DNA from: Fonticula alba ATCC 38817
Lineage: Eukaryota; Protista; Nucleariida
Strand: one strand, 5' to 3'
DNA: 29,656 nucleotides
NCBI GenBank assembly: GCA_000388065.2
Contig: KB932304.1
Part shown: piece after piece, positions 1 to 9,702 of the stretch
Layout of the letters: every line of letters starts with the position of its first letter
Numbering within the stretch: position 1 is the first letter of the stretch
Notes under the pieces: generated by a model
Seen by the model: only the letters and a program-made list of their open reading frames with translations
What the model was told of the DNA's origin: nothing
Databases searched by the model: none
Position numbers and translations under genes: made by a program

Positions 1-46
1 GACTCGAACCCATTCACAGGTTTTACCTGCTCTTTCCTAGACCTGA
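1..46 (-). ncRNA. tRNA-like element A (D-armless, no anticodon loop; 3' end cut off by window edge)
   Basis: Minus strand TCAGGTC-TAGGAAAGA-GCAGGT(AAA)ACCTGT-GA-ATGGG-TTCGAGT-C...; homologous to elements at 9337-9395 and 18417-18474. Confidence 0.65.
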
Positions 47-120
47 AAAAAAAAAAAAAATTATTAAATGTTTTTTATTTAATAAATAAAAAATCTATCA
101 GGGATTTTTTTTATGGTATC
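1..120. repeat. ~120-bp dispersed direct repeat, copy 1 (copy 2 at 9349-9467)
   Basis: Near-identical sequence containing the tRNA-like element, a poly-A tract, ttattaaatgtttttt and the hairpin AAAAAATC-tatcagg-GATTTTTT. Confidence 0.95.
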
Positions 121-151
121 TATTAAACAAAGCAGGGAGCTGTTTTGTTTA
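86..151 (-). terminator. Two stem-loops between orf214 and element A (terminator/processing-like)
   Basis: AAAAAATC/GATTTTTT (88-110) and AAACAAAGCAG-ggag-CTGTTTTGTTT (125-150, 11 bp with one G.T). Function is inferred. Confidence 0.45.
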
Positions 152-190
152 GTTTATATTCAGTTGTTTTGGTAGTAGATTTTTTAGTTA

Positions 191-835
191 TTACGTGAGT
201 GATATTGTGTTCATGTATGTTTGTACGATTAGGTCAATGTTTAGGTTGTCATTGATTGCTTGTTTTGCAATGAATGCAGTGTATCTGTTAATATCTACCA
301 TGTTTATAATATTTGAGTGTATAGGATCATTTATTTTGTTAAGTGTTATGTTTAGGTGTTTTGAGCCCTGTTCAAAGAATTCAGCTCTATTGTATTTTAA
401 GCATGCTCTGAGCATTGATATGTCCATCGTTGCATCATACTCTTTTAATATAAGTTTAAAATTATGAGTTCCGTTTTTAATAAGCCTTTCAGCTAGTTCT
501 TTATCTTCTTTTGTCAGTTCAACTTCCCAGCTGGGGTAGCCTAAATAGTTTGTAAGATCCTGACAACTTTTGTTTAAGATATTATCAGGGTTGTTTCCTA
601 ATTCTCCAAATACTGTTGTCTCTTCTAATGTTTTATTGTTTTTTTGAATTATGTGCCTCTGTAACTTCTCATAAATTTTTATCATTTTTTTTTTAGTTGT
701 ATGATCTATCTCTATAGTTTTAGTTGTATGATCTATTTGTATTATTTTAGTAACTTTATGAGCCTGAGTCTCTTCAGTTACTTTATTATAAAGTCCCAAG
801 TATTTAAACATAATATTTAAATAATATTTAATCAT
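191..835 (-). CDS. Orphan hydrophilic ORF, 214 aa (orf214)
   Basis: Long ORF in AT-rich DNA; ATG overlaps the rps4 stop by 8 nt; internal 27-bp tandem repeat (IQIDHTTKT/IEIDHTTKK); no family recognised. Confidence 0.7.
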   Translation of the reverse strand: MIKYYLNIMFKYLGLYNKVTEETQAHKVTKIIQIDHTTKTIEIDHTTKKKMIKIYEKLQRHIIQKNNKTLEETTVFGELGNNPDNILNKSCQDLTNYLGYPSWEVELTKEDKELAERLIKNGTHNFKLILKEYDATMDISMLRACLKYNRAEFFEQGSKHLNITLNKINDPIHSNIINMVDINRYTAFIAKQAINDNLNIDLIVQTYMNTISLT

Positions 836-3644
836 GATTTGGTTTATACGCTCTATTTAGTTCTTCTTTATAAGGAATGATTGTGCTAGGGACCTCCCCA
901 GACAAATCTACACGGTGACCTAACAAAGCCTTGTAATCTTTTTTAAAGTGCGGCATAAGATTGGCTAAACTGTTGATATTTTGTTTTGTTTTGTTTTTAG
1001 GGTTGTTACTTTTATAAATTCTTAAGTTTTTAATAGTTAAATATTTATCTATTTGGGGTTTTTTAAGAATATTCTTATTTTGTTTCTGGCTTAGAATTTT
1101 GTATCTCTTTTTAAGCCTTACTTTTAATTTGCGTCTATGCTGTTTTTTGATTCTTACGCGTAATTTTAATATAGAGTTTAGTATCTTAACAATTCTATAT
1201 TCTTTAGCTTTTAGATATTTGTTGCTAATAGATTCAATGTATCCTTTTTGAAATTCTATGTTTTTAAGTATATTTGGTAAAATAGCTACTTCTTGTTTAT
1301 TTATAGCTAGTTCACAGTAATTTGTTATTGCTGATAGGAATTCAGCTACTATATTAGTAAACCACCCATTAATAATGTATCCTCTAGTACGGAGTAGATG
1401 CCAGTAAATAGATTTATTTACTAATCTACAAGTATTAGTAGGTACACTGAATAATGAAGGCTGGTAAATTCTTCTCATTAATCTTTGTTTAAATTTTCGG
1501 TTATATCTAGGCGCCCATTTATAACGAACAGACTTTAAAGATTCAATAGATAAATATTTTTTAATGTTTGCATATAAATCTCGAAATACTATTTTAGTAG
1601 TAATTCTACGTAATCTATATGAAATTCTTTTTCTTTTGCCTCTTCTTTTATTATATAACAATTTATTAAGTGTAGTCCTAGAACGATGTCTTCGTTTATA
1701 CCTTCTAAACTTAATTCCACTCAATAATCTTCTAGCAGCCCTTAAGCCTGAAGCTCCCGAATTTAATAAATTTAAAAGAGCTGGTAATTTTAATGAATTG
1801 TTATACATACCAATAATATTTTTAGGTTTTAACCTAAAAATTGATTCTGTTAAAATAAACATTTTATTATATACTTCACTATATAATTGATCAGAAACTT
1901 GACCTTTTCTAAATAACTTATATGATGATTTACTTAAATAATTTAATGAAATTATTTGTAGCTTTAAAGCCCATTTAATATTAAACATTATAGCCTTAAT
2001 CATAGCACTATACTTGCTCATAGACACCCTTCTTAATATTCTAGAATACCTACGACCTAATTTTTTAACAACATTTATTAATGATAAGTTAAATACAGTT
2101 TTTGTTGGCATTACATCTAATCCGTAGAATGAGGGCTTATACACCGCAGAAAAATTAGTTAATAAATTAACTTTTCTAAAAAATTTAAAAAATTTATAAT
2201 CCGATACAAAATTATAAACCCAAGGAAGATTAAACTGTAGTATATCCCCAGCACTTAAAACTTCATTTCTAAAGCTTTGCCTATCATTTATATTTAAAAA
2301 TTTTCTATTTACTAATTGTCTACTATGGTATATAGTGTCAGATAAATGCATATTAAACAATTGAGCATCCAACCTATTAATAAACAAATATTTACTAAAT
2401 ATATTGACATATGACCTTTTATACCTAGTTTTAGATATATCCATCTTATAAACCCTATTTAAAAATCTTTTTTCTAAAAACCCATAATAATTCGCAACTC
2501 TATTAGGAAGCTGTAAATATATTTTTCTTTTAACCACTCTATGACGCTTCATATATTTTTTAAATCTTTTTGGTAATGACTTACGCTTCCCTGTAGATTT
2601 CATAAGACGAATTAACCTTCTAATACCATTAACTATTTTTTTTCTTTTTCCTCCAGTAAACCAATAATCTATTTCTCTTTCTGTAAAATATTCATTTAAG
2701 TCAAACTTTAAGTCAATAGTCTGTGGACGTTTAAAATTATTTGTTATTATAACCCAACGTTTTTTAATTACATTAGTAAATTGATTTTTTTTTAAAAAGT
2801 ACATATAATTACTAATAACTGGATTAAAGTGCTTAATCTTATGATATTTAGCACCTAACCTATATAAAACAGACATAGGCTTAGTCAGTTGAGCAAAAAC
2901 TCGGGCACTGTCAATAGTAAAATAAGAATTAATTAAATTTTTTCTAATAGATAATAACCTATTATAAACTGTATAAATATTCGTAAAATTAACTGAATTT
3001 AATCTCTTTAAATATTTATTTTTAAATAACTTATAACGCTTAGCCTTTATAAATCTTCTTAAAAAAAAACTCCTAAAAATTTTTTTATAGCGAGAATAAA
3101 ATACTGGCCTTCTTTTATACTTGTTCAAATAAAAAAAATACAACATCGCCCTAATAGACTTCTTATTTTTTTTTTTAGATCTTATTTTAAAACCAAATAA
3201 AAAATGTTGAAACTCAATAATCAAGTTTTTCACTAACTTCAACAATGAACCATATGAATCAACAGCTTTAGTTCTTAAAAACAAAAAATTTTTATTAACT
3301 GCTGGAACAGACAACTTAGCATCCAAAACTAAAAAACTTTTCAAACCATTCTCTTTATGCAAAGAAAATTTAGGAGGAAGTAAACCAGGATAAAAATATT
3401 TAAGCTTCAAAGAGTTGTGGTGCGGAGCCCTAGAATACTGATAATGATACTTAATACGCCTAGGCTTAAACACCGTAGTATATTCTTTATTACTAACCCT
3501 AAAGTCTTCACTCTTTAACGCATAAATCTTCCTATACAACTCCAGCCTAGAATAAAATGACTTTCTCATAAACTTAGCACGAAACCTCAAATGACGAGGC
3601 ACAAAAGAAGACAACAAAGGACTATTTACAAATGCTGCATTCAT
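828..3644 (-). CDS. rps4: Mitoribosomal protein S4, greatly expanded (938 aa)
   Basis: S4 RNA-binding motif NRLDAQLFNMHLSDTIYHSRQLVNRKFLNIN...LSAGDILQF; C-terminal PHFKKDYKALLG...IIPY resembles the S4 C-terminus; K/R/Y-rich insertions. Confidence 0.85.
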   Translation of the reverse strand: MNAAFVNSPLLSSFVPRHLRFRAKFMRKSFYSRLELYRKIYALKSEDFRVSNKEYTTVFKPRRIKYHYQYSRAPHHNSLKLKYFYPGLLPPKFSLHKENGLKSFLVLDAKLSVPAVNKNFLFLRTKAVDSYGSLLKLVKNLIIEFQHFLFGFKIRSKKKNKKSIRAMLYFFYLNKYKRRPVFYSRYKKIFRSFFLRRFIKAKRYKLFKNKYLKRLNSVNFTNIYTVYNRLLSIRKNLINSYFTIDSARVFAQLTKPMSVLYRLGAKYHKIKHFNPVISNYMYFLKKNQFTNVIKKRWVIITNNFKRPQTIDLKFDLNEYFTEREIDYWFTGGKRKKIVNGIRRLIRLMKSTGKRKSLPKRFKKYMKRHRVVKRKIYLQLPNRVANYYGFLEKRFLNRVYKMDISKTRYKRSYVNIFSKYLFINRLDAQLFNMHLSDTIYHSRQLVNRKFLNINDRQSFRNEVLSAGDILQFNLPWVYNFVSDYKFFKFFRKVNLLTNFSAVYKPSFYGLDVMPTKTVFNLSLINVVKKLGRRYSRILRRVSMSKYSAMIKAIMFNIKWALKLQIISLNYLSKSSYKLFRKGQVSDQLYSEVYNKMFILTESIFRLKPKNIIGMYNNSLKLPALLNLLNSGASGLRAARRLLSGIKFRRYKRRHRSRTTLNKLLYNKRRGKRKRISYRLRRITTKIVFRDLYANIKKYLSIESLKSVRYKWAPRYNRKFKQRLMRRIYQPSLFSVPTNTCRLVNKSIYWHLLRTRGYIINGWFTNIVAEFLSAITNYCELAINKQEVAILPNILKNIEFQKGYIESISNKYLKAKEYRIVKILNSILKLRVRIKKQHRRKLKVRLKKRYKILSQKQNKNILKKPQIDKYLTIKNLRIYKSNNPKNKTKQNINSLANLMPHFKKDYKALLGHRVDLSGEVPSTIIPYKEELNRAYKPNHD

Positions 3645-4472
3645 ATAAAATTAAATAATAGACATAAGATAATTAATAACACAAGCAAACACCAAACAAT
3701 TTAAAAATCACAATTGGCTAACAGTAGCCAATATAACATACAACTATGTAAATAAAAACATACTCGTTATTCATTAACAAGACAACCCATAGTGTTCACC
3801 AACTACCTAAAACATACACAAATTAAGAACCGACCAATAAAAATTTTATATAAATACCTACAAATAAAACAATAAAAACACATAAAAACTCACTAAACAC
3901 CAATAATTATCATATTATAACAGACCCCATACAAATAGTAAACTTATTTACAAAAATAAATGCTAGGAATGAAAACGAATCTGAACATGATAATAAACTA
4001 AAAATAGTACCCATCAAGCTAGAAGAAACAAACACTGGAATAGATAGCCCCCCTAACATATGAAAGGTTTGAACACGTAGAAAACCACCGAATTTAGTTA
4101 GCCACAGAAGATGCAAAAACCCAAGTCTATTACCAAAGTAGTATATAAAACCCACCACATACTTTCAATCAGGGTTAATACATACCTGACCATCTACACT
4201 CATAACATTTAACAGCACTAAACACCAGATAATATAACCATAACAACCACCCTCTCCTAAAAACCAAACCAAAAACCATATAAAAATAAAACAGCCCTAA
4301 TAGACCTACTTACCATAGCCACTAAACATAAAATTAAAAACAGATAATACACCAAACACACACACAAACAGCCAATAAAAAACAACTACAGATATAAAAT
4401 AATAAACAAAGATACAAAATGATAAGACAATAAAACTCACCATAAGACCTAAAGCCAAATCTAATACATCTA

Positions 4473-4529
4473 GGAGTTTAATTGGAATCGAACCAATGAC
4501 CATATGCTCTACCACTGAGCTATAAACTC
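4473..4529 (-). ncRNA. Anticodon-less tRNA-like element (trnK-derived) overlapping the ccmF stop codon
   Basis: GAGTTTA-TA-GCTC(AGTGGTA)GAGC-A-TATG-GTC-ATTGG(TTCGATT)CCAAT-TAAACTC-C; acceptor and D-arm identical to trnK at 13315-13386; anticodon arm replaced by 4 nt. Confidence 0.85.
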
Positions 4530-6221
4530 TTTATTTATATTATTATTATGTTGTTTTTTGATGGTTTTGAATAGTGTTATGATTGTTATGATTGTTATAA
4601 TGTGTGGTGTGTAGTATTGCTTAATGTTTAGGAATTGTTGGTTTTTATTTATGATGAGTTTAATTGTGTGGTCGCTGTGGCCTAATATGCAGTTGTATAT
4701 TCTTGATTTGCTGATGTTTATGTTCTCTGTGTTTCGTATTATTAGTTGTATGTTTTCTGTGTTTTTGTTATTGTAGTATAGTATTTGTGCTATATTGTAA
4801 ATATATGGTTCTTGCTTACATGTTTGTAATTTATATAGGATTAGTTTATAGCCCTCTGATTCTAAACATTGTCCTACTGTTATAGCTATTTCTTCTTCAT
4901 GTTTTATACATAATGCTATTGTGATGTATAGTAAACCTCCTAAAATCATAGCATGGATTATTCTAAAGTTTTTAGATTTTAATAACTTTGATATAATAAT
5001 GGTGCTTACTGATGTATAGACTATATATGAAAGGTTATATGTATAGTATACAGAAATATATAATATTATTATATAAGATATATACTTTATATTATTGATA
5101 GAATTTATTAAAAGGGGTATTATAAGCATTATAAAACATGTAAATATTAATAATGGAAGCAGGACTATACTTTCAAAATCTTCAGGTTCTAACTTAAAAC
5201 CCACCATATTGGGGTGTAATGCATGAACTAAAAATAAAATTAAAGTTATTAGAAACAAAAGAATAGTTACAGAAAACAACAAGGATTTAGCCATTATAGT
5301 ATTAAATGATCTATACTCCATAAATGATACTTGTATTATATAAATTATAAACATTAATAAAACAAATATTAAAAAAATATAATTCTCAGATTCTGAAAAA
5401 CTATGAACGGACTGTAATACACCCGTCCTAACTAATAATAGAGACATTATAGGAGAAATCCAAAATATTATGAATATAATATTTTTTATATTAATAAACT
5501 TATTAAAATTACGATAAAAATATAAAAAATGAAGAATTAATACACTCAATATAAATATAAACATTAATAGGCCCTCTATAGGGTCCCAAGTCCAAGACAA
5601 AGTATTTATATCCCAGCTCCATAAAATACTAAACATCAATGAAGTTCCTAACAAATAAACAATGTGAGATAAAAACCTCTTATGCTCATAAAAAAATCTT
5701 TTTACTGAACTTACTTTTAATAAGCTCAGATAACTTAATGATAATACTAATATATATGAATAAGCAATATATAATATTATTGGATGAAAAATCATCATGG
5801 GGTTTATTAATTGCTGATTTATTTCTTCCGATACAAATTCTAAAGGAAATAAATATAATTCTATTGGTTGTAATATACCTATATATGTGATTATAAATAT
5901 TAATAATATTAATAACTCTTTTTTATAATTAGTAGAATTAATATCATTTAATTCTTGAATTAAATGGGTTCTTACAATAAAAGATATTATTATAATTATA
6001 AAGTATAATAAATAAATACTCTCAAAATTATTAAAAATTAAATTAAAAAACGTAATGATTGAATTATCTTTTTTTAAATCTGTTAACTCATCATGATAGA
6101 AAATTAAATTTATTAATAGGCCTAAAATACTGATGCTGCTTAATGTTTTAATGTTTTGTTTTATAAATAAAGGACTTAAAGTAATTATAGAAAGAGTTAA
6201 TAATTGTAGTGAATAAGTCAT
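4509..6221 (-). CDS. ccmF: Cytochrome c maturation protein CcmF (System I heme lyase), divergent
   Basis: LINPMMIFHPIILYIAY (cf. xQDPxLxIHPPxLYxGY), SWTWDPIE (cf. WFWDPVE), LVRTGVLQSVHSF (cf. LVRSGxLxSVHSF). Confidence 0.9.
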   Translation of the reverse strand: MTYSLQLLTLSIITLSPLFIKQNIKTLSSISILGLLINLIFYHDELTDLKKDNSIITFFNLIFNNFESIYLLYFIIIIISFIVRTHLIQELNDINSTNYKKELLILLIFIITYIGILQPIELYLFPLEFVSEEINQQLINPMMIFHPIILYIAYSYILVLSLSYLSLLKVSSVKRFFYEHKRFLSHIVYLLGTSLMFSILWSWDINTLSWTWDPIEGLLMFIFILSVLILHFLYFYRNFNKFINIKNIIFIIFWISPIMSLLLVRTGVLQSVHSFSESENYIFLIFVLLMFIIYIIQVSFMEYRSFNTIMAKSLLFSVTILLFLITLILFLVHALHPNMVGFKLEPEDFESIVLLPLLIFTCFIMLIIPLLINSINNIKYISYIIILYISVYYTYNLSYIVYTSVSTIIISKLLKSKNFRIIHAMILGGLLYITIALCIKHEEEIAITVGQCLESEGYKLILYKLQTCKQEPYIYNIAQILYYNNKNTENIQLIIRNTENINISKSRIYNCILGHSDHTIKLIINKNQQFLNIKQYYTPHIITIITIITLFKTIKKQHNNNINKEFIAQW

Positions 6222-6281
6222 TCCTTGGAGAAGCCTAGGTAAAATAATGCTCGTATGACCCGTACATAGTATTTATGGTAT

Positions 6282-6878
6282 TTATGTAGTGATTAGGTAT
6301 AGTGTGCCAAGGGCTGTGGCAATTGTTATGTTGTTTAAGATCATGTCTCCGTATGTGCTTGGGATAGAATTATAGAATTCTGATTTAGTTTTTATATTTT
6401 GGTGTATTGAGTTTATATCACCTATTGATATTTTTATAAAATAATAAAGTGTTGTTATTGTGATGATTGTTATAATGTTTAGTTTGTTATTATATGTTAT
6501 TATGTAATAGTAGCATATAATAAGTATTATATCTAATATTTTTTTATCTACTATAAAAAAATTACCCCATATAGCTTGTCCCCATATAATCCCACTTATA
6601 AGTGTTATTATAGAGATATTTAATAGTAGAAAGGAAATATTTTTTATTTTATGTGTAGTTTTAGTGATGTATAGTATACTAATGGGTATAAGGCATATAG
6701 TAACTATAATAGCTAATGGGACATGTACTGAGAACATGATAGTTAAATCACCCTGAGTTAAGTCTATAATAGGTTTTGTTTTAATTCTATTAATAAGAGT
6801 ATAACTTTCGGAGATTATGATTATTAATAGCAGACTTTCTATGAATTTTTTAAACATACTTTTGTTTTTTTCTTTCAT
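6282..6878 (-). CDS. ccmC: Cytochrome c maturation protein CcmC, divergent (start may be the ATG at 6857)
   Basis: [13 protein letters not shown] (cf. QGxxxRIxYxHVP), [16 protein letters not shown] (degenerate WWD motif), SIHQ (cf. TLHQ). Confidence 0.85.
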   Translation of the reverse strand: MKEKNKSMFKKFIESLLLIIIISESYTLINRIKTKPIIDLTQGDLTIMFSVHVPLAIIVTICLIPISILYITKTTHKIKNISFLLLNISIITLISGIIWGQAIWGNFFIVDKKILDIILIICYYYIITYNNKLNIITIITITTLYYFIKISIGDINSIHQNIKTKSEFYNSIPSTYGDMILNNITIATALGTLYLITT

Positions 6879-7248
6879 TTAGTAAGACTCTTCTTCCATA
6901 TTTAGATCTCCCTCTTTTTCTAGATAAAACAGGTGCAAGATCAAATTTCCCTCTAACTAGCGTATAATTAACTCCAGGCAGGTCTTTTATTCGGCCCCCC
7001 CTTATAAGAACATAACCATGTTCCTGTAAGTTATGACCAATACCTTTAATAGCTGCTGTAGCATAAAAACCAGTAGTAAATCTAACAGTCGCCACCTTTC
7101 TATTAGCTGAGTTAGGTTTTTTAGGATGTGCTATAAACACAGATGTACAAATACCCTTTCTTTGAGGACATTTATTCAACAATGGGGACTTAGACTCATT
7201 TTTTTTTTTTTTAACCCTAAACTTAACACACTGATTAAACGTTAACAT
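6850..7248 (-). CDS. rps12: Mitoribosomal protein S12
   Basis: [45 protein letters not shown] motifs. Confidence 0.98.
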   Translation of the reverse strand: MLTFNQCVKFRVKKKKNESKSPLLNKCPQRKGICTSVFIAHPKKPNSANRKVATVRFTTGFYATAAIKGIGHNLQEHGYVLIRGGRIKDLPGVNYTLVRGKFDLAPVLSRKRGRSKYGRRVLLNERKKQKYV

Positions 7249-8411
7249 TTAATTCTTTTTCTAAAAGAAAACAGCAATATCATAACATTTTCAAATATAC
7301 CTACTAATGGGTTTATGATTAAGAAATAGCTAAAGTAGAACACAGTCGAGTATACTCCGACTATAGTATATGGTGCTTCCATTGGAGCTCCACCTAAGTA
7401 TCCTAGGATTAAGAAGTTACCTACAAATATCCAGAATAAAAATTTATGTATTGGTCTAAATGTAGCAGATCTTACCCATGCAGTATGTAAGAAAGGTAAT
7501 GCTAATAGTATTAATATAGCCCCTATCATAGCTATTACTCCTCCTAGTTTACTTGGTATAGAACGTAATATAGCATAAAATGGTAAGAAATACCATTCTG
7601 GAACTATATGAGCAGGAGTTACTAATGGGTTTGCTGGGATATAGTTATCAGGGTGTCCCATTACATTAGGATAGAAGAATACGAAGAATGAAAATAATAA
7701 GAAAAATAATATAAATCCATGTATATCTTTTACAGTGAATAAGTCATGTAATCTAGTTTTATCCATATGGGATTCAAATCCCATAGGGTTATTAGATCCA
7801 TGCTTATGAAGTGCTAATATGTGCATTATAACAAGTCCAGCTAATAAGAAAGGAAGTAAATAATGAAGACTAAAAAATCTATTTAATGTAGCATTATCTA
7901 CAGAGAATCCTCCCCATACAAATTGAACAAAATCTTGTCCTATCCAAGGGATAGCTGATAACATGTTTGTTATAACTGTAGCAGCCCAGAAACTCATTTG
8001 TCCCCAAGGTAATACATATCCTAAAAAGGCTGTACCCATCATTATTAGGAAGATTATAACTCCAATAGACCAAACAAACACTCTTGGTTTAGTATAAGAA
8101 CCAAAATATAATCCACGAGCTATATGAACATAAACAAACATAAAAAAGAATGATGCACCATTAGCATGAGAGTATCTAATTAACCAACCTAAATTAACAT
8201 CCCTCATAATATGCTCAACACTAATAAAAGCCAGATCTACATGAGGAGTATAATGCATAGCCAATACAACCCCTGATGCTATCTGAATAACTAAGCAAAT
8301 ACCTAAAATAGAACCAAAATTCCAGAAATAAGAAATATTAGCCGGAAGAGAAGATTCAACCAATGCCGAACTCAAATGAGACAAGCCACTTAATCTTTTA
8401 CTAAGCTTCAT
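7242..8411 (-). CDS. cob: Apocytochrome b
   Basis: [47 protein letters not shown] motifs. Confidence 0.99.
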   Translation of the reverse strand: MKLSKRLSGLSHLSSALVESSLPANISYFWNFGSILGICLVIQIASGVVLAMHYTPHVDLAFISVEHIMRDVNLGWLIRYSHANGASFFFMFVYVHIARGLYFGSYTKPRVFVWSIGVIIFLIMMGTAFLGYVLPWGQMSFWAATVITNMLSAIPWIGQDFVQFVWGGFSVDNATLNRFFSLHYLLPFLLAGLVIMHILALHKHGSNNPMGFESHMDKTRLHDLFTVKDIHGFILFFLLFSFFVFFYPNVMGHPDNYIPANPLVTPAHIVPEWYFLPFYAILRSIPSKLGGVIAMIGAILILLALPFLHTAWVRSATFRPIHKFLFWIFVGNFLILGYLGGAPMEAPYTIVGVYSTVFYFSYFLIINPLVGIFENVMILLFSFRKRIKC

Positions 8412-9183
8412 CTAACATATTATTAACCCAAGAAATATAGTTATCCATTTTTACAGATTCCACAACGATAGGCATAAACCCATGTTGAACTCCACATATT
8501 TCACTACATTGTCCAAAGAATACTCCTTCTCTGTTAATAATCATAGAAGTTTGGTTTAGTCTTCCTGGAATCGCATCTAACTTAATTCCTAAACTTGGAA
8601 CAGCCCATGAATGAATAACATCTGAAGATGTTATTATTAATCTAACATGAGTGTCCATAGGAACAACCATTCTATTATCTACTTCAAGTAATCTAAATTG
8701 ACCTAATTCTAAATCTGATGTTGGTAGCATATAACTATCAAACTCTATAGACCAAGCATGATCTGAATACTCATATGACCAATACCATTGATGACCCACC
8801 ACTTTAATTGTAACAGCCGGATCAATAACCTCATCCATTAAATATAACAATCTAAATGAAGGAAAAGCTATCGAAATCAAAATAAACGCCGGAGTCACAG
8901 TCCAAATAATCTCAATTAATGTACCATGTCTAATATACTTATGAGAAAAAAACTCATCTTTAAACTCAAATATAATAACAGATAATATCCATGTAACAAA
9001 AACAGTTGTAACAATTAGATAAAAAAATATATGATCATGCAATGATATTATACCTTGCATAACAGGTGTAGCAGGATCTTGAAAACCATACTGTAAAGGA
9101 TACGCTATATCTAAATTCATCATTTTATAAATTTTTATATTTTTACGTAGGATACAAATTAATAGTAAGACATTGTATATCAT
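8401..9183 (-). CDS. cox2: Cytochrome c oxidase subunit 2
   Basis: [36 protein letters not shown] (CuA ligands). Confidence 0.99.
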   Translation of the reverse strand: MIYNVLLLICILRKNIKIYKMMNLDIAYPLQYGFQDPATPVMQGIISLHDHIFFYLIVTTVFVTWILSVIIFEFKDEFFSHKYIRHGTLIEIIWTVTPAFILISIAFPSFRLLYLMDEVIDPAVTIKVVGHQWYWSYEYSDHAWSIEFDSYMLPTSDLELGQFRLLEVDNRMVVPMDTHVRLIITSSDVIHSWAVPSLGIKLDAIPGRLNQTSMIINREGVFFGQCSEICGVQHGFMPIVVESVKMDNYISWVNNMLDEA

Positions 9184-9336
9184 CTTTATAAAAATAGTAG
9201 CTAATTAGGCATAACCTAATTATGCTGCATAGCTACCCAGAAATAAAAAATTATTATTAATCTCTAAAACTCTTAAGACTCAACTTTTTCTTTTTTCTTT
9301 CTGTTCTCTCTAAGCTTCTGTACTTATTTTAAATGC

Positions 9337-9395
9337 GCCAGGCAAGGGGATTCGAACCCATTCGCAGGTAAAAACCTGCTCTTTCCTAGACCTGG
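9337..9395 (-). ncRNA. tRNA-like element B (59 nt, D-armless, tetraloop hairpin instead of an anticodon arm)
   Basis: CCAGGTC-TAGGAAAGA-GCAGGT(TTTT)ACCTGC-GA-ATGGG(TTCGAAT)CCCCT-TGCCTGG-C; acceptor CCAGGT/GCCTGG pairs; canonical T-loop. Confidence 0.75.
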
Positions 9396-9467
9396 ATAAA
9401 AAAAAAATTATTAAATGTTTTTTATTTAATAAATAAAAAATCTATCAGGGATTTTTTTTATGGTATC
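9349..9467. repeat. ~120-bp dispersed direct repeat, copy 2 (copy 1 at 1-120)
   Basis: Direct sequence comparison. Confidence 0.95.
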
Positions 9468-9498
9468 GTCTTTGTTTATATTTAATATTTGTTATTGT

Positions 9499-9702
9499 GC
9501 TGTATTAGATTTTTTTTTTTATTTTATCTCCTATCACTGAGCATTGTAATATTAGACCATTTGTTTCCTAGTGTTTTTTATTTTATTATTTGGGTTTAAA
9601 GCTGTATTAGATTTTTTTTTTTATTTTATCTCCTATCACTGAGCATTGTAATATTAGACCATTTGTTTCCTAGTGTTTTTTATTTTATTATTTGGGTTTA
9701 AA
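9499..9702. repeat. Perfect 102-bp tandem duplication (2 units)
   Basis: 9499-9600 and 9601-9702 are identical (gctgtattaga-T11-attttatctcc...tgggtttaaa). Confidence 0.95.

Noticed and set aside
3910-4158. 82-aa hydrophobic ORF; FGNRLGFL resembles FGGSLGYL of orf292
   Set aside because: The match is too short, and hydrophobicity is expected from G/T-rich codons. Not recognisable as sdh3/4, atp8 or family A.
9337-9395. Elements A/B/C as mitochondrial tmRNA (ssrA)
   Set aside because: Topology is similar, but there is no G3.U70 alanine determinant, no GGGG.../...CUCCA acceptor, and there are three dispersed copies. Kept only as tRNA-like elements.
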